A DNA stretch of 64,000 nt from an uncultured Desulfosarcinaceae bacterium (GTDB lineage Bacteria; Desulfobacterota; Desulfobacteria; Desulfobacterales; JAFDCJ01): positions 40,079 to 104,078 of the forward strand of contig CAZGNV010000004.1 of assembly GCA_964527835.1 (NCBI GenBank), given 5' to 3'. Positions 63,183 through 64,000 of this stretch are shown here, in pieces (within the stretch, counting starts at the first letter, position 1; each line of letters begins with the position of its first letter). The notes beneath the pieces are model-generated. The model saw only the letters and a list, made by a program, of their open reading frames with translations, was not told the origin of the DNA and ran no database searches. Both the position numbers and the translations under genes were made by a program.

Positions 63183-64000
63183 GGCGCTTTTCCGAGATTT
63201 TTCAGCATCTGTTTGACGTCGGTGGTGGGCAGCCGGCAGGCGAACTGCCGGCACACGTAGGCGGTGGCCCGGCGGCTTTTGGCGGTCATCGTCCGGGCAA
63301 ACGGGGCGATGTCCACAATGCCCGCAGCGGCTGCGGAATCAGCAGGACGCAAAAGCACCACCGTCTGCGGCAAAAAGCGGCGCTGCAAGGCCGCCAGCAG
63401 CTGGCGGGTGTCTTCTTTTTGCGCCTCACCGACAATGACGACTTCATAACCGGGGTTGAGGGCAAAGGCCAGAGCGGTCATGAACTGGCAATGGCCGGCG
63501 GGAAATTGGCTGACAACACCTGAAAACGCCTTGATCATGCGCTCGGCCCGGTCCATATACATGGTTTTGCCTGTCAGGCGGCCCAGGCGCAACAGGTTGA
63601 GCAGGGCCACGGAGTTTGCCGACGGAATGGCGCCGTCGTAAATCTGCTTGCTGCGCAGCAGCAGTTTTTCACTGTCATCGGCGGTCAGATACAGTCCCCC
63701 GTTGGAAGCGTCCCAGAAGTGGGACAGCATCTTCCCGTTGAGCGCAACGGCCTGGGCCAGGTATTTTGTTTGAAAGGTCGCCCGGTAAAGCTCCAGCAGG
63801 CCCCAGACCATGAAGGCATAATCGTTTAAATGGGCGGGCAAACCGGCCTTGCCCGCCCGGTAGCGTTTCAGCAAGCGGCCCCGATCGTCGACGAGATTGT
63901 GAAGGACGAAATCCGCGGCTTTTTGGGCGGCCGCCGTGTAGCGCGGTTTTTTGAAAACCCTGCCGGCCCTGGCCAAAGCGGCGATCATCAACCCATTCCA
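63179..64000 (-). CDS. YyaL/SPATA20 thioredoxin-domain protein, C-terminal part (runs off window end)
   Basis: WNGLMIAALA, LNDYAF..GLLELY, YDGAIPSANS, AYVCRQFAC..P. Confidence 0.9.
   Translation of the reverse strand, partial: WNGLMIAALARAGRVFKKPRYTAAAQKAADFVLHNLVDDRGRLLKRYRAGKAGLPAHLNDYAFMVWGLLELYRATFQTKYLAQAVALNGKMLSHFWDASNGGLYLTADDSEKLLLRSKQIYDGAIPSANSVALLNLLRLGRLTGKTMYMDRAERMIKAFSGVVSQFPAGHCQFMTALAFALNPGYEVVIVGEAQKEDTRQLLAALQRRFLPQTVVLLRPADSAAAAGIVDIAPFARTMTAKSRRATAYVCRQFACRLPTTDVKQMLKNLGKAP

Noticed and set aside
14874-63641. Long antisense and alternate-frame ORFs (e.g. 21683..23122, 39108..40652, 53051..54661, 59975..61294)
   Set aside because: They shadow well-supported genes; expected from GC-rich codon usage
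1-64000. tRNA, rRNA, prophage or CRISPR-Cas features
   Set aside because: No cloverleaf or rRNA signatures, structural phage genes or repeat-spacer arrays seen by eye; a tRNAscan/cmscan run would be decisive

Overview
Anaerobic Desulfobacterota-like (Desulfobacterales-type) chromosomal window; the taxonomy is inferred from gene content. No rRNA, tRNA, CRISPR array or intact integrase/transposase was seen. (1) 1-5.4 kb: TatT/TatP-type TRAP transporter, tungsten-type aldehyde:ferredoxin oxidoreductase, bactofilin and a methyltransferase-like gene. (2) 5.5-8.0 kb and 14.0-45.4 kb: a very large type II fatty-acid/polyketide lipid cluster. It has 5 catalytic KS (one fused to a chain-length-factor-like domain), 1 free CLF, 3 ACPs, 3 hotdog dehydratases, 2 thioesterases, FabG and 5 radical SAM enzymes (3 B12-binding). 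It also has a DAK2-DegV (FakA-FakB) fusion, PlsY, PlsC, an LpxL-like acyltransferase, GT2, GT25, a deacetylase, an MMPL-methyltransferase fusion, and LolA-like and PagL-like proteins. (3) 8.0-13.8 kb: accessory block (nonsense-interrupted secreted protein, transposase tail, beta-helix protein, vapBC) followed by a 2-oxoacid:ferredoxin oxidoreductase. (4) 47.4-52.8 kb: an integrase-less attC cassette array (higBA cassette, orphan 133-aa cassette) next to a translationally coupled tandem-HEPN + SLATT gene pair, a candidate undescribed defence system, with several hairpin sites and transposase scars. (5) 52.9-64 kb: cytosine deaminase with a BMP-type nucleoside ABC transporter, MBL hydrolase, GMC oxidoreductase, LarA-like protein and a partial YyaL. 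Several MITE-like palindromic elements sit between genes. All family assignments come from motif recognition by eye; no database search was run. Many start codons were moved inward from the ORF track using RBS or stop/start overlaps.
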